Shown here piece after piece: positions 20,177 through 32,383 of a stretch of DNA of 64,000 nucleotides. The stretch's first letter is position 1. Each line of letters opens with the position of its first letter. Both the position numbers and the translations under genes were made by a program. A model generated the notes under the pieces. The model saw only the letters and a program-made list of their open reading frames with translations. It did no database searches and was not told the DNA's origin. This stretch comes from an uncultured candidatus Porisulfidus sp. (GTDB taxonomy: Bacteria > Pseudomonadota > Gammaproteobacteria > Poriferisulfidales > Poriferisulfidaceae). The DNA lies in contig OZ220480.1 in the NCBI GenBank assembly GCA_965116025.1, positions 1,472,001 through 1,536,000 on the forward strand, read 5' to 3'.

Positions 20177-23100
20177 GTTTCGTCCATCTGCACCTGCATA
20201 CCGAGTACTCTCTGGACGACGGTCTGGTGCGGATCGAACCGCTCATGAAGCGGGTGGCGGAGCTGGGCATGCCGGCGGTCGCCCTGACCGACCGCGACAA
20301 TCTGTTCGCCGCGGTGAAGTTCTATCGCGCCGCGTTGCGGTTCGGAATCAAGCCCATCTTGGGCGCGGAGATCGACCTGGAGGTGCCGGGGACGCGCGGC
20401 CGCGGCGGGCGAGTGACGTTGCTGTGCCGAGACGGCGAGGGCTACCGGAATCTCTGCCGGCTGCTGAGCGACCGTTACCGGCGTGGACAGAGCCGGATCC
20501 CGCGCCAGGACTTGGCGGGTCGCGCCGAAGGCCTGATCGCCCTCTCCGGCGGCGTGGCCGGAGACCTCGGGCAGGCCATGCTCGCTGAGAACCGTCAGGC
20601 CGCGCGCGTGGCTCTGGAGTATTGGAAGCGCTATTTTCCGGACCGGTTCTACTTGGAGGTTACCCGGACGGACCGGGAGCACGAGGAGGATTTTCTGCAG
20701 TTCGCGCTGGAGTGCGCGCGCGAGCGCGGGCTGCCCGTGGTCGCGACCAACGACGTTCGGTTTCTGTCGGCCGACGAATTCGAGGCGCACGAGGCGCGCG
20801 TGTGCATCCGCAGTCAGAAGCGCGTCAACGATCCGAAGCGCGCGCGCGAGTACAGCAAGGAGCAGTATCTGCGCCCGGAGAGCGAGATGCGGGAGGCCTT
20901 CCAGGATTACCCGGACGCCCTGATCGAGAACGCCGAACAGATCGCCTTGCGTTGCAATTGCCAGCTGGACTTGGGCCGGACGTTGCTGCCCGCCTACCCG
21001 ACCCCGGAAGGGGAGTCCATGGACGATTATTTGGATCGGCAAGCGAGCGAGGGACTGGCGCGGCGCTTGGAGAGCCTCGCGCGGAGCGGGCGGATGGCGG
21101 GAGAGGAGGAGGCGTATCGAGAGCGGTTGGAGCGCGAGCTTGGAGTGATCCACGAGACCGGGTTCAGCGGCTACTTCGTGATCGTGGCGGATTTCGTGCG
21201 CTGGGCGCGCGACAACGATATTCCGGTCGGTCCCGGACGCGGCTCCGGCGCGGGCTCGCTGGTGGCCTACGCCCTCGAGATCACGGGCCTCGATCCGTTG
21301 CGCTATGGATTGCTGTTCGAGCGCTTCCTGAATCCGGACCGCGTCAGCATGCCAGACTTCGACATCGATTTCTGCAACCAGAACCGGGACCGGGTGATTG
21401 AGTACGTGCGCAAGCGTTACGGCGAGGACAGCGTCGCGCAGATCATCACCTATGGCACGATGGCGGCCAAGGCGGCGATTCGCGATGTCGGGCGCGCGCT
21501 CGGGGCGCCCTACAGTTACTGCGATCGCATCGCGCGCGCGGTGCCGAACGAGCTGGGCATCACCTTGGAGCGAGCCTATCGCGAATCGCCGGAGTTCCGG
21601 GAGTTGGTCAGCCATCCGGAAGACGCGACCGGCTCGCATCTGTACGAGGTGGCGTTGCGATTGGAAGGGGTGGCGCGCAACGCCTCGCGGCATGCCGCCG
21701 GGGTGGTGATCGCGCCAGGCGCTTTGACCGACTTCACGCCGCTGTACTTCGAGGCCCGGCACCCCGATGTGGCGATCACCCAGTTCGACATGAAGGACGT
21801 GGAGGCGATCGGCCTCACCAAGTTCGACTTCCTCGGCCTGCGCACGGTGACGTTGCTGCACCGATGCCTCGGCACGGTCAACGCGCGCCGGGAGGCGCGC
21901 GGAGATGCCTTACTGGATCTGGAGACGCTGCCGTTGGACGACCCGGAGACCTACGCGTTGTTGCAGCGGGCGCGCACCACGGAGGTGTTTCAGCTGGAGT
22001 CGGAGGGGATGCGCGACCTGCTGACGCGCATGAAGCCGGACCGCTTCGACGATCTTGTGGCGCTGGTGGCGCTGTATCGCCCGGGGCCGCTCAACTCGAA
22101 GATGGACGTCGAATACATCAAGCGCAAGCGCGATCCGGGCTCGATCCGCTATCTGCATCCGGATATGGAGCCGATTCTGGCGCCGACCTTCGGGGTGATT
22201 CTGTACCAGGAGCAGGTGATGCAGCTGGCTCGCGACCTGGCGGGCTATTCGCTTGGCGAGACTGACCTGCTGCGCCGCGCGATGGGCAAGAAAAAGCCGG
22301 AGGAGATGGCGCAGCATGCCGAGCGCTTCCAGAAGGGGGCGGTGGAGCATGGTCTGGAGCCGGCCGAGGCGAGGAAGATCTTCGATCTGATGAAAGAGTT
22401 CGCGGAATACGGGTTCAACAAGTCTCACTCGGTGGCGTACGCGTTGCTGGCGTACCAGACCGCTTGGTTCAAGACGCATTACCCGGACGCGTTCATGGCG
22501 GCGGCGATGTCCAGCGAGATCGATTCCACCGACAAGTTGGCGTTGCTGTGTCGAGAGGCGCGTTCGCTCGGGCTGGATCTGACGGGACCGGACGTCAACG
22601 AGTCCGATCACTATTTCACGGTCCCGGAGGAAGGGAAGATCCGCTATGGCCTAGGCGCTATCAAGGGGGTCGGGCAAGGGCTGGTGGCTCGTCTCGTGAA
22701 GGAGCGCGGGGCGAAGCCGTTCGATAGCTTGGAGAGTCTGTGCGACCGCCTGGACGCCCGGGATTACAGCGAGCGGGACCTGCGCGCGCTGATCCACGCT
22801 GGAGCGCTGGATGACCTTGGCGCGAGTCGGCGGGCGATGGCGAGGACGGCTGGGCGGATCAAGGAGCAGGCGCAGCGAGACCAGACTGACCGTGACGTGG
22901 GGCAGAACTCTCTGTTCGCGCGGGAGGCGCCGGAGTTTCGCGCGAAGGAGCGGGACGAGCGGGAGTACGAGTCCGCGGAGCGGTTGGCGTGCGAGTTCGA
23001 GTCCTTGGGTTTCTATTTTAGCGGACACCCGTTCGAGGAGTACCGCGCCCACGTTCGGCGAATGGGGGCGCGGTCCTTGGCGCGGGTGCGGAAGGACGTT

Positions 23101-23640
23101 GAGAAGGCGACCCAGTCCGAGCGCGGGCGAGCGTGGAAGACGCGCGCCGCCGGCGTGGTGATGAGGATTTCCTACCCGAAGAAAGGGGATGTCGCGTTCG
23201 TCGAGATCGAGGACGACGAGGACCGGATGGAGGTGGTCGCGCCGGAACCGGAGCGGGCCCGAGCGTTCCAGGTTGGAGACTTGATGCTGGTGGACGGCGA
23301 GGTGCGAACGCGGCCTCGGGCGGAGCGCTCCGAGAAGCCGAGGATCCGGGCGCGGTCGCTCTATACCCTGGAGGAGATGCGCCGGCGAATGGCGGAGCGG
23401 GTGGAGGTCGTGCTCAACGGCGACAGCGATCCGGACACGGTGCGCGCTATCCGGCAGGTGCTGGCCGACCATCGCGGCCGTTGCGAGGTGAGCGTCGCGC
23501 ACATGGGGAGAAATGGCCGTAGTCGCTGGGCTCTGGACGAGGCGTGGAAGATTTCCGCGGGCGATGACGCCCTGCGGGCCTTGCGGGATCTGCCTGGCGT
23601 GGAGTCGGCGAATGTCCTATACTCGCGGGCCGATTTCTGA
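20173..23640 (+). CDS. dnaE: DNA polymerase III alpha subunit
   Basis: [32 protein letters not shown] and YGFNKSH. Confidence 0.98.
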   Translation: MSFVHLHLHTEYSLDDGLVRIEPLMKRVAELGMPAVALTDRDNLFAAVKFYRAALRFGIKPILGAEIDLEVPGTRGRGGRVTLLCRDGEGYRNLCRLLSDRYRRGQSRIPRQDLAGRAEGLIALSGGVAGDLGQAMLAENRQAARVALEYWKRYFPDRFYLEVTRTDREHEEDFLQFALECARERGLPVVATNDVRFLSADEFEAHEARVCIRSQKRVNDPKRAREYSKEQYLRPESEMREAFQDYPDALIENAEQIALRCNCQLDLGRTLLPAYPTPEGESMDDYLDRQASEGLARRLESLARSGRMAGEEEAYRERLERELGVIHETGFSGYFVIVADFVRWARDNDIPVGPGRGSGAGSLVAYALEITGLDPLRYGLLFERFLNPDRVSMPDFDIDFCNQNRDRVIEYVRKRYGEDSVAQIITYGTMAAKAAIRDVGRALGAPYSYCDRIARAVPNELGITLERAYRESPEFRELVSHPEDATGSHLYEVALRLEGVARNASRHAAGVVIAPGALTDFTPLYFEARHPDVAITQFDMKDVEAIGLTKFDFLGLRTVTLLHRCLGTVNARREARGDALLDLETLPLDDPETYALLQRARTTEVFQLESEGMRDLLTRMKPDRFDDLVALVALYRPGPLNSKMDVEYIKRKRDPGSIRYLHPDMEPILAPTFGVILYQEQVMQLARDLAGYSLGETDLLRRAMGKKKPEEMAQHAERFQKGAVEHGLEPAEARKIFDLMKEFAEYGFNKSHSVAYALLAYQTAWFKTHYPDAFMAAAMSSEIDSTDKLALLCREARSLGLDLTGPDVNESDHYFTVPEEGKIRYGLGAIKGVGQGLVARLVKERGAKPFDSLESLCDRLDARDYSERDLRALIHAGALDDLGASRRAMARTAGRIKEQAQRDQTDRDVGQNSLFAREAPEFRAKERDEREYESAERLACEFESLGFYFSGHPFEEYRAHVRRMGARSLARVRKDVEKATQSERGRAWKTRAAGVVMRISYPKKGDVAFVEIEDDEDRMEVVAPEPERARAFQVGDLMLVDGEVRTRPRAERSEKPRIRARSLYTLEEMRRRMAERVEVVLNGDSDPDTVRAIRQVLADHRGRCEVSVAHMGRNGRSRWALDEAWKISAGDDALRALRDLPGVESANVLYSRADF

Positions 23641-23657
23641 GGCTCGTTCCCATCGCC

Positions 23658-24614
23658 ATGAATCCAGATTTTCTTGACTTCGAGCAGCCGATCGCGGAAT
23701 TGGACGCGAAGATTCGGGAGTTGCGCCACATGGGGGCGGAGAGCGACTTGGATCTGGATGCGGAGGTCGAGCGTCTCCAAGGACGCCGGAGGGCGTTGAT
23801 CGAGGATATCTTCTCCGGCCTTTCAGCTTGGCAAATCACGCAACTGGCCCGCCACCCGAAGCGTCCTTATACGCGCGACTACCTGCCGCGCCTGTTCGGC
23901 GAATTTCACGAGTTGCACGGCGATCAGGCGTACGCGGACGACCAGGCCATCCTGGCGGGCATGGCGCGTCTGGAGGGTATGCCGGTGATGGTGATCGGGC
24001 ACCAGAAAGGACGCGACACGAAGGAGAAGCTGGAGTGCAATTTCGGCATGCCGCGCCCGGAGGGCTATCGCAAGGCGCGGCGCCTGATGCGGTTGGCCGA
24101 GCGATTCTGGATGCCGGTGATCACGCTGATCGACACTCCCGGCGCCTATCCGGGCATTGGCGCCGAGGAGCGCGGGCAGAGTGAGGCGATCGCGCGCAAT
24201 CTGGAGGTCATGGCCGAGCTACGTGTCCCTATAGTGAGCGTCGTGATTGGCGAGGGGGGATCTGGAGGCGCGCTGGCGGTCGGGGTGTGCGACCATCTGA
24301 TGATGCTACGGTACAGCGTCTATTCGGTGATTTCCCCGGAAGGCTGCTCGTCCATTCTTTGGAAGAGCGCCGACAACGCGCGGGAGGCCGCCGAGGCGAT
24401 GGGTCTGACCTCGCGGCGCCTGCGGGAACTGGGTTTGATCGATGAGATCGTGGAGGAGCCGCCGGGCGGGGCGCACCGGGATTTGGACGCGATGGCCGTT
24501 ACTTTGAAGCGCGCCTTGCTGGGCATTCTGGAGGAACTCGAGGCGATGGATCCGGGGGCGCTGGTCGATCGCCGCGAGGAACGGTTGCTGAAAGTCGGGG
24601 TGTGCCAGGAATGA
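23658..24614 (+). CDS. accA: Acetyl-CoA carboxylase carboxyltransferase alpha subunit
   Basis: [22 protein letters not shown] and GEGGSGGA. Confidence 0.98.
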   Translation: MNPDFLDFEQPIAELDAKIRELRHMGAESDLDLDAEVERLQGRRRALIEDIFSGLSAWQITQLARHPKRPYTRDYLPRLFGEFHELHGDQAYADDQAILAGMARLEGMPVMVIGHQKGRDTKEKLECNFGMPRPEGYRKARRLMRLAERFWMPVITLIDTPGAYPGIGAEERGQSEAIARNLEVMAELRVPIVSVVIGEGGSGGALAVGVCDHLMMLRYSVYSVISPEGCSSILWKSADNAREAAEAMGLTSRRLRELGLIDEIVEEPPGGAHRDLDAMAVTLKRALLGILEELEAMDPGALVDRREERLLKVGVCQE

Positions 24615-25873
24615 GCTCGTCTCTCCACGAGGTCTCGGGGGCGCTGGGCATCCTTCCGAGGATTTGTCCCGAGGCGCGCGTCTGGGTCGTCGCGTACAGT
24701 GGGGGCATCGATTCCACCGCGTTGCTGCACGCCATGCGAGCGTTCGCCGCGAGGCGCGGCCATGAGCTGCGGGCGGCGCACGTCGACCACGCGTTGCAAC
24801 CAGCGGCGCGGGAATTCGCGCGGCATTGCGCGAGAGTCTGTCGCGAATGGGGGATTCCGCTGGAATTGACGCGCCGAGAGGGAGCGGTGGAGCCCGGACG
24901 AGGGATGGAGGCGCGGGCGCGCGAGATTCGCTATCAGGCGTTACGACGGAGCTCCGGCCCCGGGACGGCGGTCCTGCTGGCGCACAACCGGGACGATCAA
25001 GCGGAGACCTTGCTACTGCAGCTGTTGCGCGGCGCGGGCGTGGCCGGGACGGCCGCGATGCCATCGTGCCGGGACTGGGGCGAGGGAAAGCTCGCGCGCC
25101 CGTTGCTGGACGTTCCGCGCTCGGTGATCGAGGCCTACGCGCGAGCGCATCGGCTGGACTTCGTGGAAGATCCGAGCAACCTTGATCTGGATATCGACCG
25201 CAACTTCTTGCGTCACGAAGCGTTGCCGTTGCTGGAGAGGCGCTGGCCCGCGACCCGACGCGCCTTGGCGCGCTCGGCCCGACATCACGGACATGCGACG
25301 CGCTTGTTGCGCGAGCGCGCCGAGGAAGATTTGGGGGATGAAGACGTGATCTCGATGGAGTCCCTGACCGCGCTTTCCCGCGACCGACAGGCCAATCTGG
25401 TGCGTTTCTGGCTTGAGCGAAAAGGGGTCGCGGCGCCGAGCGAGAAGTGCCTCGATCAGTGGCTAGACACCGCGCACGCCGCGGGCGTGGACCGGGTGCC
25501 TGAGGCGGATTTCGGAGACTACCGGATGTACCGTTGGCGTGGATATCTGCATTTGGCTCCACGATGGCCGGATCCGCCTAGGGACGCGCGCTGGCGCTGG
25601 CGCCGGGGAGAGGCTCTAGCGTTGCCGGAGTTAGGCATGAAATTGCACTGGGAGTCGTTGCGGAAGCAACTAGGGGAAGAGATCTGCACGGATCTGGAGG
25701 TGCGCCTTCGCGCGGGCGGAGAGCGTTGTCGACCGGAAGGCCGACGGCGGCGCGCGCTCAAGAAATTGTTGCAGGAAGCGGGCGTTCCACCTTGGCGGCG
25801 CGGCCGAATTCCACTAGTCTATCAACGCGCGAGTCTCCGGCTGGTCTGGGGGCATTTCGCGTGTCGACCGTAG
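24611..25873 (+). CDS. tilS: tRNA(Ile)-lysidine synthetase
   Basis: [23 protein letters not shown] and RNFLR. Confidence 0.96.
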   Translation: MSSSLHEVSGALGILPRICPEARVWVVAYSGGIDSTALLHAMRAFAARRGHELRAAHVDHALQPAAREFARHCARVCREWGIPLELTRREGAVEPGRGMEARAREIRYQALRRSSGPGTAVLLAHNRDDQAETLLLQLLRGAGVAGTAAMPSCRDWGEGKLARPLLDVPRSVIEAYARAHRLDFVEDPSNLDLDIDRNFLRHEALPLLERRWPATRRALARSARHHGHATRLLRERAEEDLGDEDVISMESLTALSRDRQANLVRFWLERKGVAAPSEKCLDQWLDTAHAAGVDRVPEADFGDYRMYRWRGYLHLAPRWPDPPRDARWRWRRGEALALPELGMKLHWESLRKQLGEEICTDLEVRLRAGGERCRPEGRRRRALKKLLQEAGVPPWRRGRIPLVYQRASLRLVWGHFACRP

Positions 25874-25907
25874 CCGCTCCAGACTCCTACTTGGTGGAAA
25901 TGCCGCG

Positions 25908-26034
25908 CTGCCGGGATCAGGCCCAGCCAGCACCATCAGTCTCCATCGAATAGATGCGGCCCGGCACTCAAAATCGAGAATCCGAAGATAATCTGGATGA
26001 CGCGCTCGATTTCATGGATATTGGCTTTTCTTAT
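25908..26034 (-). pseudogene. Decayed DUF2892/YgaP-like small membrane protein gene
   Basis: AAGGAGG SD (26046-26052), ATA in place of a start codon, then RKANIHEIERVIQIIFGFSILSAGPHLFDGD*WCWLGLIP with an internal TGA at 25936-25938. Confidence 0.6.
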
Positions 26035-26191
26035 TAACGGAGAATCCTCCTTACAACGAGGAGATTTGCCACCCGTCGCGTGGTTTGGTTCTCCGGTATG
26101 CTTTTCCACGCGCCAGAAGGCTTCGTCGCGATATCCGCCCAGTGTACAATATGAAGCCGTTCGAGACTGATCCTTGAAGCAGAGACAAATA

Positions 26192-29100
26192 ATGACTAAG
26201 AATCCGTATTCGCCAATTTACGAGATCCGCGCCGCGCTTCGCTTCGCGTCGTCGTCCTCCCGCATAGGGGGGGGGGGGGGGGGGGGGCATAGCCTCCGTT
26301 TCCTGACCGTTCTGGCCGGATTCACGGCCGTTCTGTCCATTTCCTTGAATCCTCACTCCGCCGTGGCGGGGACCACGGGAGATTGCGGCGACCCCAGCGA
26401 CGACGCGGTCACCTGCAGCGACGCGAGCTACACCAACGACGACGGCTCCCCGATCAAGTATGAGAATGAGAACGGGGGGCTGACCTTGACCGTGAAGCCT
26501 TCCGGGGCGGGCACGGTCACCATCACCGCCTCGAAGCTTCCTGCCAACGCGCGCGAGGAATTCCCGGGGATCCACCTGGACGGACACGGAACCCTGAAAG
26601 TCGTTCTGGATGGTTCCGTGAAAGTCGTGAACGGAGTGACCCGAACGACGGTGGAGGCCACGTACGAGGGAAAGACGGAGACGTTCATCCATCCGGATCA
26701 CAAGCTGGGCTCCCAGAACGACGGGGTGTACGTGGCGTACGACAAGGACTCCGACCGGGGGACGACGGAGGGCATGGTGGAGGTGATGGTGGGGAAGGAC
26801 GCGATGATCGGGAGCGCGACGGCGCCGGCGGGACGGTTCGGGGTTCACGCGGCTTTTGTGGACGCGGACGGCGACAAAAGGTATCCAGCCGGGAAGATCA
26901 AGGTGACGAGCGCGGGGGAGATATACGGCCATTACGCGGGGATTTACGCGAAGCACGACGGGGCGGGCGATATTGAGATCGAGACGTTGCAGGGGAGCGT
27001 GACGTCGATGGGGATCCAAGCGGTCTCGAACAAGGCCAACAGGAACAATCGGGGCGGAGACGTCACCATTCGTCATCGCGGCCGGATCGTGGTGAAGAAT
27101 CCGGTTCGGTACGCGGACAGGATAACGACGGTGGCCACGCCGTTGAGCGCGGATTTGGCCGATAGCGAAATTCGGAACAAAGCCGGGATCTACGTTCGGC
27201 ATTGGGACAAGGCCACGGGCACGGCCGCGAGCCCAAGCAGCTCGATCCTGGTCGAGTCGAGCGGCGACATCGTCGCCCATCCGTTCGATGACACAGTGAA
27301 CAGAAGGGCTATTTACATCGACGTGGAAGGGGGCGCCAATTCCTTCGTTCCGGTCACGGTCAATGTGACGGGGGGAACGATGACGGCGGCCGACGAGAAT
27401 GGAAAAGGAGGAGATGGCATTATCGTTTACTACCTTAACCATATCGGTGGTCTCATCAAGGTGGACTTCGCGGGCGAGATCGCTCGGACGGGGAGCGGGG
27501 GGGATGGAATCTATATTTATCGGGGCACCGACTATGATGATTCCAGCACCGCCCATAATCGGGACGCCGAGGTGACGCTGAAGTCCGGGGCGCGGATCGG
27601 GATGGAGGGGGACGAGCCGACCGTGGGCCGGCATGGAGTGCTGGTCCAGCAGCAAATCCACGGGGCAGCGACCCGGGTGGCCGTCGAGTCCGGCGCGATG
27701 ATCGGAACCATGGGGACTCCGGTCGGTGGGCACGGGGTGCTCGTCGAGACCTTAGACGATGAAGACGATAACGACGTCATGGTCACCAACGAAGGCTTCA
27801 TCCACGCGAAGGGCTCGGGAGTGGTCGCTGTGCCCCTCGGCCGGAGCGACGTGGTCGTGAAGCACCTGAAGGGCGAGATCATCGCGGGCGACGCGCTTGA
27901 TATCTTCGATTCGCTAGTGGAGAGCAACCAAGTGAAACTGGCGGATCTGAAGTCTCGGACCGCTGGCATCCTCGTCGCCCATGGGGGCGCGGAGGCCCGG
28001 GCGCTTCCCGGCAAGGAACTTGATGAGAGCGATCCTTCCACCTACACCGCCGAGGTCGGGAAGGTCGAGATCACGTCGAAAGCGGACGTCACGTCGAAGG
28101 GGGACGGGATTCTCGCCTACGTGAAAGACCTGGATGGTCCAGGCGTCGCTACGATCATTCCGATCACGATCGACGCGTCGGGCGGGACGATCACGGCGGA
28201 CGGGCATGGCGTGTACGCGGAGACCGCCACCGTCTACGACGATCCCACGGAAGTCGGGGATCCCACGACAGCCGGGAGGATCGAGGTCACGGTGGGGGAG
28301 ATGGCGACGATCCGTGCCAAGAAGGACGGCGTTCACGTCAAGGGCATGCGGACCTTCGCGTCCGACCACGCCCGGAAGGGGCAATACGACCAGACGGTCA
28401 CGATCAACGGCAAGGTCATGGGAGGCGATGGAGACCACGCCGGCGTTCGGATGGTGAAGGGCGGGACGCTGGTGATCGGGAGCGGCGGACCGGAGGCGCG
28501 GCTCGGGGCGGCCTCGGGCGTGGCGGTCCACGCGGACGGGGCTCTGACCATCACGATGAGCAAGACCGCCGACGGGCGCATCGGCTGGGTCGTGGGGAAG
28601 ATCCAGAACGGCGACAGCGCCGACACGACCTTCGCGGGCGTGGAAGTGGGGAAGACGTACCTGCTTCAGGATTGGGAGGAGACGAAGGGGATATACGACA
28701 CGACGATCGAGCGGAAGGTGACCTTGAGGGAATACGCGGACGAGGACTATCACGAGTTCGAGCTGGTCTCGCAGGAGGAGATCGTTCGGGAGTACCATGA
28801 TCGGGCTCGGGTGTACGAGGCGCTGCCGTCGGTGCTGCTGGAGATGAGCGCGCCAGGCGGTCGCCAGGCGCGCTTGTCGGCGACGCGGGACGGCGGGGGC
28901 GCGTGGGCGCGGGTTTTGGCGAGCGATGGCGAGCGTGAGGCGGAGACGTCGACGACGGCGATGGACACGGCCGGGCATGATCTGTCCTGGGACTTCGAGC
29001 GCTGGGGCGTGGAGACGGGCTTGGTCGTTCCCACGGACCTGCCGGGCGTGACGCTGGGCGTGAGCGCGCATTACCGCGACGGCGAGGCGGACGTCGCGCG

Positions 29101-29698
29101 CGGCGGGAAGATCGAGGTCTCGGGCGTGGGCGTCGGGGCATCGGCGACCTGGCGGGGGGAGGACGGCTGGTACGCGGACGGGGAGCTCTCGTACACGCGT
29201 TTCGAGGATGTCGACTTGAGCTCGGAGACTCGGGGGATGGTGGCGTCCGGTCTGGACGGAGAGGGTCACGCGATCGGCGTGGAGGTCGGCAGGCGCATGG
29301 AGATGGACGGCTTCGCGCTGGTTCCGCGCGGGGGATTGACGTGGACCTGGGTGGATATTGACGGCTTCGCCGACGTGTCGGGCATCACTGGGAGCGGTCG
29401 GGTGTCGTTCCGCTCGGAGGACAGCGCGCGGGCGCGGATCGGGGCGTTATTGGAAAACGGCCAGACGTACGCCTCATTGGACGTGGAGCATGAGTTCTCG
29501 GAGAGCCGGGAGGCGATGGCGTCGGGAGCGCGGTTGCGCTCGGAGGTGGAGTCCACGTGGGCGCGATTGGGCGTTGGGGGCGTGATGGTCTTGGATGAGA
29601 AGGGAGAGTCGACGCTCTCGGGGGACGCGCACTACGCGGCGTCGGATGGCGACAATCACGATTACGGCGCGAGCGTCCTGCTGAAGATTCGCTTCTGA
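26192..29698 (+). CDS. Autotransporter (type Va) paralog 2, with a poly-G tract in the signal peptide
   Basis: ATG 26192; extended signal peptide ending PHSAVA; beta-helix-like passenger; barrel ending DYGASVLLKIRF; strong similarity to the CDS at 1-3438. Confidence 0.92.
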   Translation: MTKNPYSPIYEIRAALRFASSSSRIGGGGGGGHSLRFLTVLAGFTAVLSISLNPHSAVAGTTGDCGDPSDDAVTCSDASYTNDDGSPIKYENENGGLTLTVKPSGAGTVTITASKLPANAREEFPGIHLDGHGTLKVVLDGSVKVVNGVTRTTVEATYEGKTETFIHPDHKLGSQNDGVYVAYDKDSDRGTTEGMVEVMVGKDAMIGSATAPAGRFGVHAAFVDADGDKRYPAGKIKVTSAGEIYGHYAGIYAKHDGAGDIEIETLQGSVTSMGIQAVSNKANRNNRGGDVTIRHRGRIVVKNPVRYADRITTVATPLSADLADSEIRNKAGIYVRHWDKATGTAASPSSSILVESSGDIVAHPFDDTVNRRAIYIDVEGGANSFVPVTVNVTGGTMTAADENGKGGDGIIVYYLNHIGGLIKVDFAGEIARTGSGGDGIYIYRGTDYDDSSTAHNRDAEVTLKSGARIGMEGDEPTVGRHGVLVQQQIHGAATRVAVESGAMIGTMGTPVGGHGVLVETLDDEDDNDVMVTNEGFIHAKGSGVVAVPLGRSDVVVKHLKGEIIAGDALDIFDSLVESNQVKLADLKSRTAGILVAHGGAEARALPGKELDESDPSTYTAEVGKVEITSKADVTSKGDGILAYVKDLDGPGVATIIPITIDASGGTITADGHGVYAETATVYDDPTEVGDPTTAGRIEVTVGEMATIRAKKDGVHVKGMRTFASDHARKGQYDQTVTINGKVMGGDGDHAGVRMVKGGTLVIGSGGPEARLGAASGVAVHADGALTITMSKTADGRIGWVVGKIQNGDSADTTFAGVEVGKTYLLQDWEETKGIYDTTIERKVTLREYADEDYHEFELVSQEEIVREYHDRARVYEALPSVLLEMSAPGGRQARLSATRDGGGAWARVLASDGEREAETSTTAMDTAGHDLSWDFERWGVETGLVVPTDLPGVTLGVSAHYRDGEADVARGGKIEVSGVGVGASATWRGEDGWYADGELSYTRFEDVDLSSETRGMVASGLDGEGHAIGVEVGRRMEMDGFALVPRGGLTWTWVDIDGFADVSGITGSGRVSFRSEDSARARIGALLENGQTYASLDVEHEFSESREAMASGARLRSEVESTWARLGVGGVMVLDEKGESTLSGDAHYAASDGDNHDYGASVLLKIRF
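26267..26287 (+). repeat. G21 homopolymer (simple sequence repeat), in frame, encoding Gly7
   Basis: ATA-(G)21-CAT counted directly. Confidence 0.95.
28279..29698 (+). repeat. Copy 2 of the ~1.42-kb near-identical direct repeat
   Basis: See 2019-3438. Confidence 0.9.
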
Positions 29699-29712
29699 TC
29701 AAGCTTTGATCC

Positions 29713-29737
29713 GGCCCCGACTTTGAGCGTCGGGGCC
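29713..29737 (+). terminator. Hairpin after autotransporter 2
   Basis: GGCCCCGAC-TTTGAGC-GTCGGGGCC, related to the hairpin after paralog 1; weak U tract. Confidence 0.55.
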
Positions 29738-29852
29738 CGCCGATTATCGTCGCCCAAGACCCTTGGAGCGCCGTTGGCGCGGCGGCGCTTCCCGCGATTC
29801 ACGCTCATTTCCTCTTGAAAATCCATTATTTTAGTTAGCGCGCGCCACGTGA

Positions 29853-31544
<1,692 letters not shown>

Positions 31545-31545
31545 C

Positions 31546-32373
31546 ATGCGCGAATTCTGCGATTTTCGGGCGGGGGCTCGTCAGCCGTTGTTCCTGATCT
31601 CCGGGCCGTGCGTCATCGAGAGCGAGACTTTGGCGATGCGGGTCGCCGAGCGCTTGACCGAGATTACCGCCGGACTCGGCATGCGCTACGTGTTCAAGGC
31701 CTCGTTCGACAAGGCTAACCGCACCAGCGGGGGCAGTTTCCGCGGTCCGGGACTGGAGCGCGGCCTGCGCGTGCTGGAACGGGTCCGCGAGCGATTCGGG
31801 ATCCCGGTGCTCACGGATGTCCATGAGGACACGCCGGTGGACGAGGTGGCGGAGGTGGTGGACGTTCTGCAGACCCCGGCGTTTCTCTGCCGTCAGACCA
31901 GTTATATCGCCCGGGTCGCCGCCGCGGGTCGTCCGGTCAACCTCAAGAAAGGGCAGTTTCTGTCTCCTTGGGAGATGGGGCCTGTGGTGGACAAGGCGCG
32001 CGCGGCCGGAAATGAGCGGCTGCTGGTATGCGAGCGCGGCGCGAGCTTCGGCTACAACAACCTGGTCTCCGACATGCGGGCGCTGGCGGTTCTGCGCGAG
32101 ACCGGTTGCCCGGTCGTGTTCGACGCCACGCATTCGGTGCAGCTGCCGGGCGCTTCCGGCGACGCCTCTGGCGGGCAGCGGGAGTTCGTGCCGACCTTGG
32201 CGCGCGCGGCGGTGGGCGTCGGCGTGGCTGGCTTGTTCCTGGAGACCCATCCCGATCCGGATACCGCCCTGAGCGATGGGCCGAACGCGTGGCCCTTGGA
32301 CGGCATGGCGCTTTTGCTCGAGACCCTGCTCGAGATTGACGAGGTCGCGAAGCGAAGCCTTCTGGAGAACTGA
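31546..32373 (+). CDS. kdsA: KDO 8-phosphate synthase
   Basis: [26 protein letters not shown] and DATHSVQ. Confidence 0.98.
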   Translation: MREFCDFRAGARQPLFLISGPCVIESETLAMRVAERLTEITAGLGMRYVFKASFDKANRTSGGSFRGPGLERGLRVLERVRERFGIPVLTDVHEDTPVDEVAEVVDVLQTPAFLCRQTSYIARVAAAGRPVNLKKGQFLSPWEMGPVVDKARAAGNERLLVCERGASFGYNNLVSDMRALAVLRETGCPVVFDATHSVQLPGASGDASGGQREFVPTLARAAVGVGVAGLFLETHPDPDTALSDGPNAWPLDGMALLLETLLEIDEVAKRSLLEN

Positions 32374-32383
32374 TCGACGGCGC

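Noticed and set aside
20173-23640. Intein or split in dnaE
   Set aside because: Normal length (1155 aa) with continuous motifs.
1-29698. Diversity-generating retroelement or shufflon explanation for the autotransporter pair
   Set aside because: No reverse transcriptase or recombinase in the window, differences are not adenine-specific, and both copies look like full genes rather than silent cassettes.
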